A stretch of 64,000 nucleotides of DNA from an uncultured Pseudomonadota bacterium (GTDB taxonomy: Bacteria; Myxococcota_A; Polyangia; Fen-1088): the NCBI GenBank assembly GCA_963847705.1, contig CAWKBC010000027.1, forward strand, positions 192,001-256,000, in the 5' to 3' direction. Under the pieces are notes generated by a model. That model was not told the origin of the DNA and ran no database searches. It was given only the letters and a program-made list of their open reading frames with translations. Positions 8,949 to 18,769 of the stretch are shown piece after piece (the stretch's first letter is position 1; every line of letters starts with the position of its first letter). Position numbers and translations under genes: made by a program.

Positions 8949-9803
8949 GAGGAAGGCGCGGGCGGCGTGGCTGAGGGTGCGGGCCTTGGCGTAGAGGAGG
9001 CGGACCTTGCGCTCGACGTGCAGCTCCTTGACGTTCACCTCGCGCAGGACGCCGCTCTCCACGTCCTGGCGGACGCACATCCGCGGCAGGAAGGCGACCC
9101 CTTCGTCGTTCTGAACCAGGCGGCGGATCGTCTCCAGCGTCGGCATCTCGACGTCCATGCGCAGCGGGACCTTGTGCCGGCGAAACTCGCGCAGGACCAC
9201 CTCGCGGTAGGGCGACAGGACGTTGTGGGCGATGAAGGTCTCCTCGCCGAGCTCGGTGATCGAGACGGAGCGGCGGCGGGCCAGGCGATGCTTGGGCGAC
9301 ACGATGAAGGCCAGCGCGTCGGTGTAGATGACCTTGGCGACCAGGCGATCGTCGCCGGGATCGTAGCTGGCGACACCGAGCTCGAGGTCGCCTTCCAGGA
9401 GCTCGACCGGGATGCGGCTCGATTGCGCGCGCCGGATCTGCACCTTGATCTTGGGAAACTGGCCCCGGTAGCGCTGGATGTACGGGAGGAGATAGAGCGT
9501 CGAGGACTCGTTGGCGCCCACGACCAGGCGGCCGGCCGACTTGTCGCGCAGCTCGGCCAGGGCGCCCTCCAGCTCCTCCTCGAGGTTGCGGAAGCGGCGG
9601 GCGAAGTCGAGCACCGTGCGGCCAGTGTCGGTCGGCACCAGCTCCTTGGCGCCGCGGTCGATCAGCTTCTCGCCGATCTCGCCTTCCAGCCGCTGGATCG
9701 CCAGCGAGATGGCCGGCTGGGTCCGGTAGAGCTTCTCGGCGGCGCGCGAGAAGCTGCGCTCGCTGACGACCGTGGCGAAGACCTGCAGCGCGTGGAGCTC
9801 CAT
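8919..9803 (-). CDS. LysR-family transcriptional regulator
   Basis: N-terminal HTH (SFSRAAEKLYRTQPAISLAIQRLE) plus substrate-binding domain; divergent from leuA. Confidence 0.95.
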   Translation of the reverse strand: MELHALQVFATVVSERSFSRAAEKLYRTQPAISLAIQRLEGEIGEKLIDRGAKELVPTDTGRTVLDFARRFRNLEEELEGALAELRDKSAGRLVVGANESSTLYLLPYIQRYRGQFPKIKVQIRRAQSSRIPVELLEGDLELGVASYDPGDDRLVAKVIYTDALAFIVSPKHRLARRRSVSITELGEETFIAHNVLSPYREVVLREFRRHKVPLRMDVEMPTLETIRRLVQNDEGVAFLPRMCVRQDVESGVLREVNVKELHVERKVRLLYAKARTLSHAARAFLELVQQGAHD

Positions 9804-9819
9804 GGGGGTATGGCAGAGT

Positions 9820-9834
9820 ATAACGAACGCTTAT
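9820..9834. promoter_or_regulatory. Candidate LysR binding site (T-N11-A dyad)
   Basis: ATAA-cgaacgc-TTAT in the AT-rich spacer between lysR and leuA. Confidence 0.55.
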
Positions 9835-9892
9835 CTGGCCAAGAACAATTATAAATTTGCGATATCAGCACCCCAGACCCAAGGTTGAGGCC

Positions 9893-11077
9893 ATGGCCCT
9901 GACTCCGACCCCCGACCGAGTTCATATCTTCGACACCACCTTGCGCGATGGCGAGCAGGCCCCCGGCTGCAGCATGACCGTGGGTGAGAAGCTGCGCATG
10001 GCCCACAAGCTGGCCGAGCTGGGCGTGGACATCATGGAAGCGGGGTTCCCCATCGCGTCGGCCGGCGACTTCGAGGCGGTGCAGAAGGTGAGCCGCGAGG
10101 TCTCGGTCAAGGTGGCGGCGCTGGCGCGCGCCACCGCGCTCGACGTCGAGCGGGCGGCCAAGGCGCTCGAGGGGGCGAAGTCGGCGCCGCGCATCCACGT
10201 CTTCCTGGCCACCAGCGACGTTCACCTCAAGTACAAGTTGAAGAAGACGCGGGCGCAGGTGCTGGACGAGGCGGCGGCCGCGGTGGCGCTGGCCCGCAAG
10301 CACGTCGGCGACGTCGAGTTCTCCGCCGAGGACGGCGGGCGGACGCCGGTCGAATATCTGATCGAGGTCTCGCGCGCGGTCGTCGCCGCGGGCGCCACCA
10401 CGGTCAACATCCCCGACACGGTCGGTTACGGCATCCCGGAGGAGTACGGCGCGCTCATCGGACAGGTCGCGCGCGCGCTCGGGCCGTCGGCCATCGTCAG
10501 CGTCCACTGCCACAACGATCTCGGGCTCGCCGTCGCCAACTCGCTCAGCGCCGTCCAGAACGGCGCCCGCCAGGTCGAGTGCACGGTCAACGGCATCGGC
10601 GAGCGGGCCGGCAACTGCTCGCTCGAGGAGATCGTCATGGTCTTGAAGACCCGGGCGGACAAGCTCCCCTACACGACCGGCATCAACGCCCAGCATCTCT
10701 TTCCGGCCAGCCAGCTCCTCACCGAGATCATCGGCGTCGGCGTCCAGCCGAACAAGGCGATCGTCGGCGCCAACGCCTTCGCGCACGAGGCCGGCATCCA
10801 TCAGGATGGCTTCCTCAAGGAGCGCACCACCTACGAGATCATCGAGCCCAAGAGCGTGGGCGTACCGGAGAGCCGCCTGGTGCTGGGAAAGCACAGCGGC
10901 CGCCACGCGCTCGGCGCGCGCTGCAAGGACCTGGGCCTGGCGCTCGACAAGCCCCAACTCGACGAGGTGTACACCCGCTTCACCGCGCTGGCCGATCGCC
11001 AAAAAGGGATCACCGACGACGAGATTCGCCGCCTCGCCACGCAGGTGCAGGAAGATCTAGGAAGAAAAATAGCGTAA
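9893..11077 (+). CDS. leuA: 2-isopropylmalate synthase, short form lacking the C-terminal regulatory domain
   Basis: DTTLRDGEQ, EAGFP, HCHNDLG, GIGERAGN, HEAGIHQDG, GKHSGRH; ends after about 394 aa. Confidence 0.9.
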   Translation: MALTPTPDRVHIFDTTLRDGEQAPGCSMTVGEKLRMAHKLAELGVDIMEAGFPIASAGDFEAVQKVSREVSVKVAALARATALDVERAAKALEGAKSAPRIHVFLATSDVHLKYKLKKTRAQVLDEAAAAVALARKHVGDVEFSAEDGGRTPVEYLIEVSRAVVAAGATTVNIPDTVGYGIPEEYGALIGQVARALGPSAIVSVHCHNDLGLAVANSLSAVQNGARQVECTVNGIGERAGNCSLEEIVMVLKTRADKLPYTTGINAQHLFPASQLLTEIIGVGVQPNKAIVGANAFAHEAGIHQDGFLKERTTYEIIEPKSVGVPESRLVLGKHSGRHALGARCKDLGLALDKPQLDEVYTRFTALADRQKGITDDEIRRLATQVQEDLGRKIA

Positions 11078-11155
11078 CTACGGTTACTTAAACGAACTTA
11101 TAGAAAGTTTGTAACTACGCTAAAGTACTAGAAGTCGGCAGCCGATGCTTGAGTC

Positions 11156-12049
11156 ATGGTTGCCAATCGTGTGGCCCGCGGTCTGGGTTTCTTTTGGCTC
11201 GCCACCGGCGCGGTCGCCTGCGCAGGCGCCGGCGAAGAACCGGCGGCGCCAGTAGGCGTCGCCGCGGTTGTCGACAACGGGCTGTCCGCCAACGGCCTGT
11301 CGGCGAACGGCTTGTCCGCCAACGGGCTGTCGGCGAACGGGCTGTCGGCGAACGGCTTGTCGGCCAACGGCTTGTCGGCGAACGGCCTGTCGGCGAACGG
11401 CCTGTCGGCGAACGGCCTGTCGGCGAACGGGCTGTCGGCGAATGGGCTGTCGGCGAACGGGCTGACCGCCGCCGGTTTTCTCGGCAACGGCTCGACGGTC
11501 CTCACCGATCCGCTGACCCAGCAGTTCCTCGCCTATGTCGTCTCCTGCGCCCTCAACGACCAGCAGAGCCTGACGTTCACGGTTGGCACGACGACCTACA
11601 CCTTCCCGGGCGGGCTGGGGCTCGCGCCTCAGTGGGGAGCTGCGCACGGCTCGTGCGACGGTTCGTGTCAGCGCTGGGTGTCGGCCTGCGTGCTGGCGCG
11701 CGTCGACGCGGCGGGGGTCCACCGGGAGATCTCGGTCCGCGGTCCCAGCTTGGCGCTGCTGCCGACCTGGAGTGAGCTCCTCCAGTACACGCAGCGCGAG
11801 GCGACCTACTTCGGCAACCTCTTCATCCCCGGCCAGCCGCGCTACCTCTGCCTGTCGCCCGGGCAGACCGAGGACGAGCGGGCCTGCGGCGACTCGCTCA
11901 GCGATTGCCCGATGACGGTCCTCGGGTCCTGCTCCAAGGTCTGCGCCTTCCAGGGCCTGTTCGGCGACTTCGACTTCTGCAGCGATGCCGGGCGCTTCGG
12001 GACCGGCCAGACGTACGCCGAAAGCGTAACCGTCTATCTGCCGAAGTAG
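11156..12049 (+). CDS. Exported/lipoprotein with NGLSA pentapeptide repeats and a Cys-rich domain
   Basis: Signal with AVAC; 12x NGLSA plus NGLTA (11276-11470); then YVVSCAL...GLGLAPQW...CQRWVSACVLARV...EATYFGNLF. Confidence 0.75.
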   Translation: MVANRVARGLGFFWLATGAVACAGAGEEPAAPVGVAAVVDNGLSANGLSANGLSANGLSANGLSANGLSANGLSANGLSANGLSANGLSANGLSANGLSANGLTAAGFLGNGSTVLTDPLTQQFLAYVVSCALNDQQSLTFTVGTTTYTFPGGLGLAPQWGAAHGSCDGSCQRWVSACVLARVDAAGVHREISVRGPSLALLPTWSELLQYTQREATYFGNLFIPGQPRYLCLSPGQTEDERACGDSLSDCPMTVLGSCSKVCAFQGLFGDFDFCSDAGRFGTGQTYAESVTVYLPK

Positions 12050-12054
12050 CGGAT

Positions 12055-15000
12055 GTGATCGAGCAGGTCGTCGCCGGCCGGTTCCAGCTCCTCGCCCAGG
12101 CGGGCGCGGGAGGGATGGGCGCGGTGTATCGCGCCCGCGATCTCGCCACCGGGGCCACGGTGGCCGTCAAGATCCTGACCGGGCGCGAGGTGCGCGAGGC
12201 GCAGCGGTTCGAGCAGGAGGCCGCCATTCTGGCCGGCCTCGTTCACCCGGCCATCGTTCGCTACATCACGCACGGCATCGCCGACAGCGGGGCGCGCTAC
12301 ATCGCGATGGAGTGGCTGGACGGCGAGGACCTGGCCACCCGCCTCGAGCGCGAGCACCCGACGATCGCCGAGACGGTGGCCCTGGCCCGCCGCACCGCCG
12401 AGGCGCTGGCGTACGCGCACAGGCGGGGCGTCGTCCACCGCGACATCAAGCCGGGGAACCTGTTCCTGTCCGGCGGCGCCATCGATCGGCTGAAGGTGCT
12501 CGACTTCGGCATCGCCCGGCTCACCAGCGGGGCGGGGCGGCTGACCCGGACCGGCAAGGTGATCGGCACGCCCGGCTACATGGCTCCCGAGCTGGTGCGC
12601 GGCGCGCGCGAGATCACCCCGCGCGCCGACGTCTTCTCCCTCGGGTGCGTGATGTTCCAGTGTCTGACGGGCCGCGCGGTGTTCGAGGCCGAGGCGCCGA
12701 CCGCGCTCTTGGCCAAGATCCTCCTCGTCGAGGCGCCTCGCGTCCGGGAGCTCGCGCCCCACGTGCCGGCCTCGGTCGACGACTGCGTGGCCCGCATGCT
12801 GGCGAAGAATCCGGAGGATCGGCTGGCCGACGCGGCGGCGGTCCTCGAGCTCTTGGGCGCGCTGGGACCGGTCGGCGACGGGCGGGCGGTCGGCGCCGCG
12901 GGCGCCGGCGGGGCGACGATCGCGCTGACCGCCAGCGAACGCCGGATCGCCTGCGTCGTCATCGCCGGGCCCTCGGCGACGGGAGAGCGGCGCTGGAGCG
13001 GTGACGGCCCGCCGGCCGGCGACGCGTGGACGGAGCCGGGCTCCGCCCGGCGGAGCCCATCGCGCGGGGGAGCGGGGACCCTCTCAGGGTCCCCGGAGTT
13101 GTTGGACGAGGATGCCGTGCTGGCCGGGCAGCTTCGCCGGCTGATGGCGATCGAGGAGGAGCTGGCGCGCCGGCACGGAGCCCGCATTCACCCGCTGCCG
13201 GATGGATCGGTGGTCGTCTCCCTGCCGGAGCAGGAGCGCGCGACCGATCAGGCGGCGCGCGCGGCGCGGTGCGCGCTGGCCATGCGCAGCGCGCTGCCGG
13301 ACGTGGCGTTCGTGGTGTCGACCGGGCAGGGGCGCTTTTCGGCCTGGTCGGCGGTGGGGGAGGTGATCGACAACGGGATGCGGCTCTTGCGGGGGACGCC
13401 GCCAGGCAGCATCCGCCTCGACGACGTGGCCGCCGGGATGCTCGGCGCGCGCTTCGAGGTCCGGCGCGACGGCACCGCGCCCTATCTGCGCGCGGAGCGG
13501 GATTCGATCGGCGTCGAGCGCCAGCTGCTCGGCAAGGCGACTCCCTTCGTGGGCCGCGGCCGCGAGATGTCGATGCTGACCAACCTCTACGCCGGCACGG
13601 TGGCCGAGTCGGCCGCCACCCCGGTGCTGGTCATCGGCTCGGCCGGGGTGGGAAAGTCGCGGCTGCGGCAGGAGCTGATCGAGTGGGTGCAGCGCCAGCC
13701 CGATCGCGCCGAGATCCTGTTCGGCGGCGTCGATTCGGTCGGCGCCGGGTCGCCCTTCGCGATGCTCGCCCGGGCCATCCGGCGGACCGCGGGAATCGTC
13801 GACGGCGAACCGCTGGAGACCCGGCAGGAAAAGCTGGCGGCGCGCGTCGCCCGTCACGTCGATCGGGAGGCGCGCGCGCGGGTCACGGAGTTCCTGGGAG
13901 AGATCGCCGACGTGCGGTTCGCCGAAGAGGGCGAAGGGGCCAGCGAGGCCCTGCGGACGGCCCGCGCCAACCCTCAGCTGATGGGCGACGGGATGCGGCG
14001 CGCCTTCGAAGACTGGCTGATGGCCGAGTGCGCGGCCCACCCGGTGCTGCTGGTGCTGGAGGATCTGCACTGGGGCGATCTGGGGACGGTGAGCTTCCTC
14101 GACAGCGCGCTGCGAAACCTGCATGAGCAGCCGTTCATGGTGCTGGCGCTGGCGCGTCCCGAGGTGGAGGAGCGGTTCCCGGAGATCTGGACGGCGCGCC
14201 ACCGGCAGACCATCCGCCTCGGGCCCCTCTCGCCGCGCGCCAGCGAGCAGCTGGTCCGGCAGGCGCTGGGTGCGATCGGCGACGAGCTGCTGGCGCGGCT
14301 GGTGGAGCGCGCCGACGGCAACGCCTTCTATCTCGAGGAGTTGATCCGGGCCACGGCGGCCGGCCGCGCCGACGCGCTCCCCGACTCCGTGCTGGCCATG
14401 GTGCAGGCGCGGCTCGACACCGAGGGGCCCGAGGGCAAGCGCGTGCTGCGGGCGGCGGCCATCTTCGGCGAGCGATTCTCCCGCGCCGGTCTGGCCGCGC
14501 TCCTGGGCGGCGAGGCGGGGATGGACGATGTGTCGGACGCCCTGGAGCGCCTGGCGGCCCACGAGCTGGTGACGCGCGCGGCGACGCCCGCGCTGGCCGG
14601 CGACGTCGAGCTGGTGTTTGCCCACGCCCTCATCCGCGAAGCGGCCTACGCCATGCTCACCGACGAGGACCGGCTCTTGGGCCACCGGCTGGCGGGCGGC
14701 TGGCTCGAGCAGGCCGGGTCGGCCGATGCGATCGTGCTGGCGGAGCACTTTCGCCGGGGGGCCGAGCCATCGCGCGCCGCCCGCTGGTACGAGCGGGCGG
14801 CCGCGCAGTCCTTGAGCGCGAACGATCTGGTCGCCGCGATCGGGCGGGCGGAGCTGGGGATCGCCGGGGGCGCCTCGGGCGAGCAGGCCGGCAAGCTGCG
14901 CCTGATCGCCGCCGAGGCCCACGTCTGGCGCGGCGAGCTCGCCGAGGCCGAGCGGTTGGCCCTGGCCGCCGCCGTCGATCTCCCGGCCGGCGGCGCCGCC

Positions 15001-16083
15001 TGGCTGCGCGCGCTGGCGCAGGCGATCGTCGCGGCCGGCAAGCACGGCCGGCTGGAGTCGGTCGAACGCGAGGTCGCCGAGGTGGAGGCCTCGCCGCTCA
15101 CCGCCGATCCGGCCATCCGGAGCGCGCGCATCATCTCGCTGGCCTGGGGCGCACACTTCCTGGTGTTCGGCGGGCGGTACACCATCGCCGATCCGCTGAT
15201 CGCCACCATCGGCGCGCTGGCCGGCGAGAAGGATGCCGCGCTCGATCCGCAGGCGCTGGGGCTCCTGCACCAGGTGAGGGCGGTGCGGGCCTCCGCGGCC
15301 GGCGACCTCGGGCGCTGCCTGACCGGTCTCGAATCGGCGCTGCAGGCCTTCGAGCAGGCGGGAGACCTGCGCAACGCCTGCGCCGTCCGCAACAACCTGG
15401 GCTACATGTACTCGGAGCTGGGCGACTTCCAGCGCGCCGAGGCGGCGCTGCGCCAGGCGCTCGGCTCCTGCGACCGCATGGGGCTCCACGATCTGTCGGC
15501 CGCCGTGCAGCACAACCTCGGCCGCGTTCTCGGCTATGGGCCCGAGCTGGCGGAGGCCGAGCGCCTCGAACGGATGGCCATCGAAGCGTTTCGACGGCAG
15601 GGGGAGCCGCGCCTCGAGGGTCTGGCGCGAATCTACCTGGCCGAGATTCTGATCGCCCGCGGTGAGCTGGCGGCCGCGGGCGAAGAGGCTGCGGCGGCCG
15701 TGGCCGCGCTGGTCGTGGCGCCGGCGATCCGGGTGGCGGCGCTGGGCGCGTTGGCCCGCGCCCGGTTGGGCGGCGGAGATCGCGACGGCGGGCTGGCGGC
15801 GGCCGGCGAGGCTCACGCGGCGCTCGAGCGGCTCGGCGAGATCGAGGAGGGCGAGTCGATGGTTCGGTTGACCTACGCTGAGGCGCTGGCGGCGGCCGGC
15901 CAAGAGGCAGCGGCGCGGGCGACGCTGGCCCTGGCCCGTGCCCGCCTGCTGGCACGCGCCGACCGGGTCGCCGACCTCGGCTGGCGGCACCGCTTCCTGC
16001 ACGAGGTCCCGGTCAACGCCCGCATCCTCGCTCTCGCCGGTGAACCACCCCCGCCGGCAGCGGGATCGAGCGCCGCCGCGTAG
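12055..16083 (+). CDS. Ser/Thr protein kinase + AAA ATPase (STAND-like) + TPR protein
   Basis: GAGGMG, VAVK, HRDIKPGN, DFG, GTPGYMAPE; Walker A GSAGVGKS, Walker B LVLEDLHW; C-terminal TPR-like repeats (NNLGYMY, HNLGRVL). Confidence 0.9.
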   Translation: MIEQVVAGRFQLLAQAGAGGMGAVYRARDLATGATVAVKILTGREVREAQRFEQEAAILAGLVHPAIVRYITHGIADSGARYIAMEWLDGEDLATRLEREHPTIAETVALARRTAEALAYAHRRGVVHRDIKPGNLFLSGGAIDRLKVLDFGIARLTSGAGRLTRTGKVIGTPGYMAPELVRGAREITPRADVFSLGCVMFQCLTGRAVFEAEAPTALLAKILLVEAPRVRELAPHVPASVDDCVARMLAKNPEDRLADAAAVLELLGALGPVGDGRAVGAAGAGGATIALTASERRIACVVIAGPSATGERRWSGDGPPAGDAWTEPGSARRSPSRGGAGTLSGSPELLDEDAVLAGQLRRLMAIEEELARRHGARIHPLPDGSVVVSLPEQERATDQAARAARCALAMRSALPDVAFVVSTGQGRFSAWSAVGEVIDNGMRLLRGTPPGSIRLDDVAAGMLGARFEVRRDGTAPYLRAERDSIGVERQLLGKATPFVGRGREMSMLTNLYAGTVAESAATPVLVIGSAGVGKSRLRQELIEWVQRQPDRAEILFGGVDSVGAGSPFAMLARAIRRTAGIVDGEPLETRQEKLAARVARHVDREARARVTEFLGEIADVRFAEEGEGASEALRTARANPQLMGDGMRRAFEDWLMAECAAHPVLLVLEDLHWGDLGTVSFLDSALRNLHEQPFMVLALARPEVEERFPEIWTARHRQTIRLGPLSPRASEQLVRQALGAIGDELLARLVERADGNAFYLEELIRATAAGRADALPDSVLAMVQARLDTEGPEGKRVLRAAAIFGERFSRAGLAALLGGEAGMDDVSDALERLAAHELVTRAATPALAGDVELVFAHALIREAAYAMLTDEDRLLGHRLAGGWLEQAGSADAIVLAEHFRRGAEPSRAARWYERAAAQSLSANDLVAAIGRAELGIAGGASGEQAGKLRLIAAEAHVWRGELAEAERLALAAAVDLPAGGAAWLRALAQAIVAAGKHGRLESVEREVAEVEASPLTADPAIRSARIISLAWGAHFLVFGGRYTIADPLIATIGALAGEKDAALDPQALGLLHQVRAVRASAAGDLGRCLTGLESALQAFEQAGDLRNACAVRNNLGYMYSELGDFQRAEAALRQALGSCDRMGLHDLSAAVQHNLGRVLGYGPELAEAERLERMAIEAFRRQGEPRLEGLARIYLAEILIARGELAAAGEEAAAAVAALVVAPAIRVAALGALARARLGGGDRDGGLAAAGEAHAALERLGEIEEGESMVRLTYAEALAAAGQEAAARATLALARARLLARADRVADLGWRHRFLHEVPVNARILALAGEPPPPAAGSSAAA
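13034..13095. repeat. 62-bp double-hairpin palindromic element, copy 1, inside the kinase CDS
   Basis: agccgggctccgcccggcggagcccatcgcgcgggggagcggggaccctctcagggtccccg; 57/62 identical to 49545-49606. Confidence 0.8.
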
Positions 16084-16135
16084 CCATCAAGACGTTGAAA
16101 CTTTGGCGCGGGCGATTATGCTGCGCGACGATCCC

Positions 16136-16939
16136 ATGGCCACCGTCGACGTTCCGCTGAAGAGAGTTCGTTTTGGCCACACCGCGCGCAAGGACGGGTG
16201 GTGGGTCATGCCGCTGACCACCCTGGTGGTGTTCAGCTCCTTCATCGCCTACACCACCTGGGCGCTGTTCCAGGGGGACAATTATTCCTACGGCAACTAC
16301 CTGTCGCCGTTCTACTCGCCCGAGATCTTCGGCAACTCGCCGCACGCCTGGTTCGGTCCCTGGCACTGGCCCTGGCCCTCGTTCATCAAGTACTCGCCGG
16401 CGATGCTGATCCTGGTCTTCCCGCTGGCCTTCCGGATGACCTGCTACTACTACCGCGGCGCCTACTACAAGGCGTTCTGGGCCGACCCGCCCGCCTGCGC
16501 CGTCGGCGAGCCGCGCCACAATTACCGGGGCGAAGCCAAGTGGCCGCTCCTCATTCAGAACGTTCACCGCTACGCGCTCTACTTCGCGCTGGTCTTCATC
16601 GTCCTTCTGTCGATCGACGTGGTGAAGGGGTTCACCTTCAATGATCCGAAGACGGGGCACGCCACCTTCGGCGTGGGCGTCGGCTCGCTGGTGCTGCTGC
16701 TCAACGTGGTGCTGATCGGCGGCTACACGCTGGGCTGCCACTCGTTCCGCCACCTGGTGGCTGGCATCATGGACACCTTCTCGAAGTCACCGTTGCGCAA
16801 GAAGGTCTACGACTGCGCCAGCTGTCTCAATCGGCATCACCCCAAGTGGGCCTGGTGCTCGCTGGTCTGGGTGGCGCTCACCGACGTCTACATTCGACTG
16901 TGCGCCAGCGGCGTCATCGTCGATCCGAGGATCTTCTAA
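16136..16939 (+). CDS. Succinate dehydrogenase membrane anchor, mycobacterial Sdh1 type
   Basis: YLSPFYSP, FRMTCYYYRGAYY, QNVHRY, GCHSFRH, VALTDVYIRL...DPR; directly upstream of sdhAB. Confidence 0.8.
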   Translation: MATVDVPLKRVRFGHTARKDGWWVMPLTTLVVFSSFIAYTTWALFQGDNYSYGNYLSPFYSPEIFGNSPHAWFGPWHWPWPSFIKYSPAMLILVFPLAFRMTCYYYRGAYYKAFWADPPACAVGEPRHNYRGEAKWPLLIQNVHRYALYFALVFIVLLSIDVVKGFTFNDPKTGHATFGVGVGSLVLLLNVVLIGGYTLGCHSFRHLVAGIMDTFSKSPLRKKVYDCASCLNRHHPKWAWCSLVWVALTDVYIRLCASGVIVDPRIF

Positions 16940-18769
16940 ATGCCCGTTCACGAGACCCACGAGCACGACGTTCTGATCATCGGCGCCGGCGGCGCCGGCC
17001 TGCGCGCGGCCATCGAGGCCTCGGCCGCCGGGGTGTCGGTCGGCCTGGTCTGCAAGTCGCTGCTCGGCAAGGCCCACACGGTCATGGCCGAGGGGGGGAT
17101 GGCGGCGGCGATGGCGCACGTCGACGATCGCGACAGCTGGAAGGTCCACTTCTCCGACACCATGCGCGGCGGGCAGTACCTCAACAACTGGCGGATGGCC
17201 GAGCTGCACGCCAAGGAGGCGCCCGACCGCGTGCGCGAGCTCGAGGCCTGGGGCGCGGTCTTCGATCGCACCAAGGACGGGCGCATCCTGCAGCGCAACT
17301 TCGGCGGCCACCGCTACCCGCGCCTGGCCCACGTCGGCGATCGCACCGGCCTGGAGATGATCCGCACGCTGCAAGACCACGGCGTCCATCAGGGCTTCAA
17401 GGTCTACATGGAGCACACCATCACCAAGCTGTTCGTCGACGCCGGGCGGATCGCCGGCGCCTTCGGCTACGACCGCGAGCGCGGCAACCTGCGCGTCTTC
17501 AAGGCCAAGGCGGTGGTGCTGGCCACCGGCGGCGTCGGCCGCGCCTTCAAGATCACCAGCAACAGCTGGGAGTACACCGGCGACGGCTACGCGCTGGCCT
17601 ACGACGCCGGCGCCGATCTGATGGACATGGAGTTCATCCAGTTCCACCCGACCGGGATGGTCTGGCCGCCGTCGGTGAAGGGAATCCTCGTCACCGAAGG
17701 GGTTCGCGGCGAAGGCGGCGTCCTGCGCAACAAGGACGGCAAGCGCTTCATGTTCGACGACATCCCGGAGAACTACAAAGCGCAGACGGCGGACAGCGAG
17801 GAAGAGGGCTGGAAGTACACCCAGGGGGACAAGAACTCGCGCCGCCCGCCCGAGCTCCTCACCCGCGACCACGTGGCGCGCAAGATCATGAACGAGGTGC
17901 GCGAGGGGCGCGGCAGCCCGCACGGCGGCGTCTTCCTCGACATCGCCTGGATCAAGGAGCGCCTCCCCAAGGGGGCCGAGCACATCAAGAAGAAGCTCCC
18001 CAGCATGTACCACCAGTTCAAGGAGCTGGCCGACATCGACATCACCGCGGTGCCGATGGAGGTCGGCCCGACCACCCACTACACGATGGGCGGCGTGCGC
18101 GTCGACGGCGATACACAGATGTCGACGGTCCCCGGCCTGTTCGCGGCGGGCGAGTGCGCGGCGGGCCTGCACGGCGCCAATCGCCTGGGCGGCAACTCGC
18201 TGTCGGACCTGCTGGTGTTCGGCAAGCGCGCCGGCGAGCACGCCGCCAAGTTCGCGCGCGAGCGCGCCGCCGCCAACATCGACCCGTCGGCGATCGAGGC
18301 CGCCGAGCGGATGGCGCTGGCGCCCTTCGAGCGGGCCGCCACCGCCACCGCCGGCGACGCCGAGGCGCCCTACAAGATTCAATACGAGCTGCAGGACCTG
18401 ATGCAGGACAACGTCGGCATCGTGCGCAACGAGGGGGACATCCGGAAGGCGCTGGAGGGGATCCAGGGGTTGAAGGCGCGCGCGGCCAAGGTCGCCAGCG
18501 TCGGCAACCGCGAGTACAACCCCGGCTGGCACACGGCGCTCGATCTGGCCAGCCTGCTGACCTGCGCCGAGGCGATCGCCAGCTCCGCCCTCGAGCGCAA
18601 GGAGAGCCGGGGCGGTCATTTCCGTGAGGACTTCCCGGAGAAGGATCCGAATTTCGCGACCTTCAACCACGTGGTGCGCAAGGGGGCAGGGGGCCGGCCC
18701 GAGCTGCGACGCGAGCCGATTTCACCGCTGCGCGACGATCTGAAGCAGGTCATCGAGGAGAACAAATAA
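16940..18769 (+). CDS. sdhA: Succinate dehydrogenase/fumarate reductase flavoprotein subunit
   Basis: GAGGAG, AHTVMAEGG (FAD-binding His), QFHPTG, TEGVRGEGG, HYTMGG, HGANRLGGNSL, ESRGGH. Confidence 0.95.
   Translation: MPVHETHEHDVLIIGAGGAGLRAAIEASAAGVSVGLVCKSLLGKAHTVMAEGGMAAAMAHVDDRDSWKVHFSDTMRGGQYLNNWRMAELHAKEAPDRVRELEAWGAVFDRTKDGRILQRNFGGHRYPRLAHVGDRTGLEMIRTLQDHGVHQGFKVYMEHTITKLFVDAGRIAGAFGYDRERGNLRVFKAKAVVLATGGVGRAFKITSNSWEYTGDGYALAYDAGADLMDMEFIQFHPTGMVWPPSVKGILVTEGVRGEGGVLRNKDGKRFMFDDIPENYKAQTADSEEEGWKYTQGDKNSRRPPELLTRDHVARKIMNEVREGRGSPHGGVFLDIAWIKERLPKGAEHIKKKLPSMYHQFKELADIDITAVPMEVGPTTHYTMGGVRVDGDTQMSTVPGLFAAGECAAGLHGANRLGGNSLSDLLVFGKRAGEHAAKFARERAAANIDPSAIEAAERMALAPFERAATATAGDAEAPYKIQYELQDLMQDNVGIVRNEGDIRKALEGIQGLKARAAKVASVGNREYNPGWHTALDLASLLTCAEAIASSALERKESRGGHFREDFPEKDPNFATFNHVVRKGAGGRPELRREPISPLRDDLKQVIEENK

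Noticed and set aside
11276-11470. 15-bp tandem repeats as a CRISPR array
   Set aside because: No spacers; in-frame coding repeat with synonymous variation; no cas genes in the window.
12055-16083. Kinase-ATPase-TPR as an Avs/NLR anti-phage system
   Set aside because: This architecture is a common expanded signalling family in myxobacteria and there is no defence-island context here.
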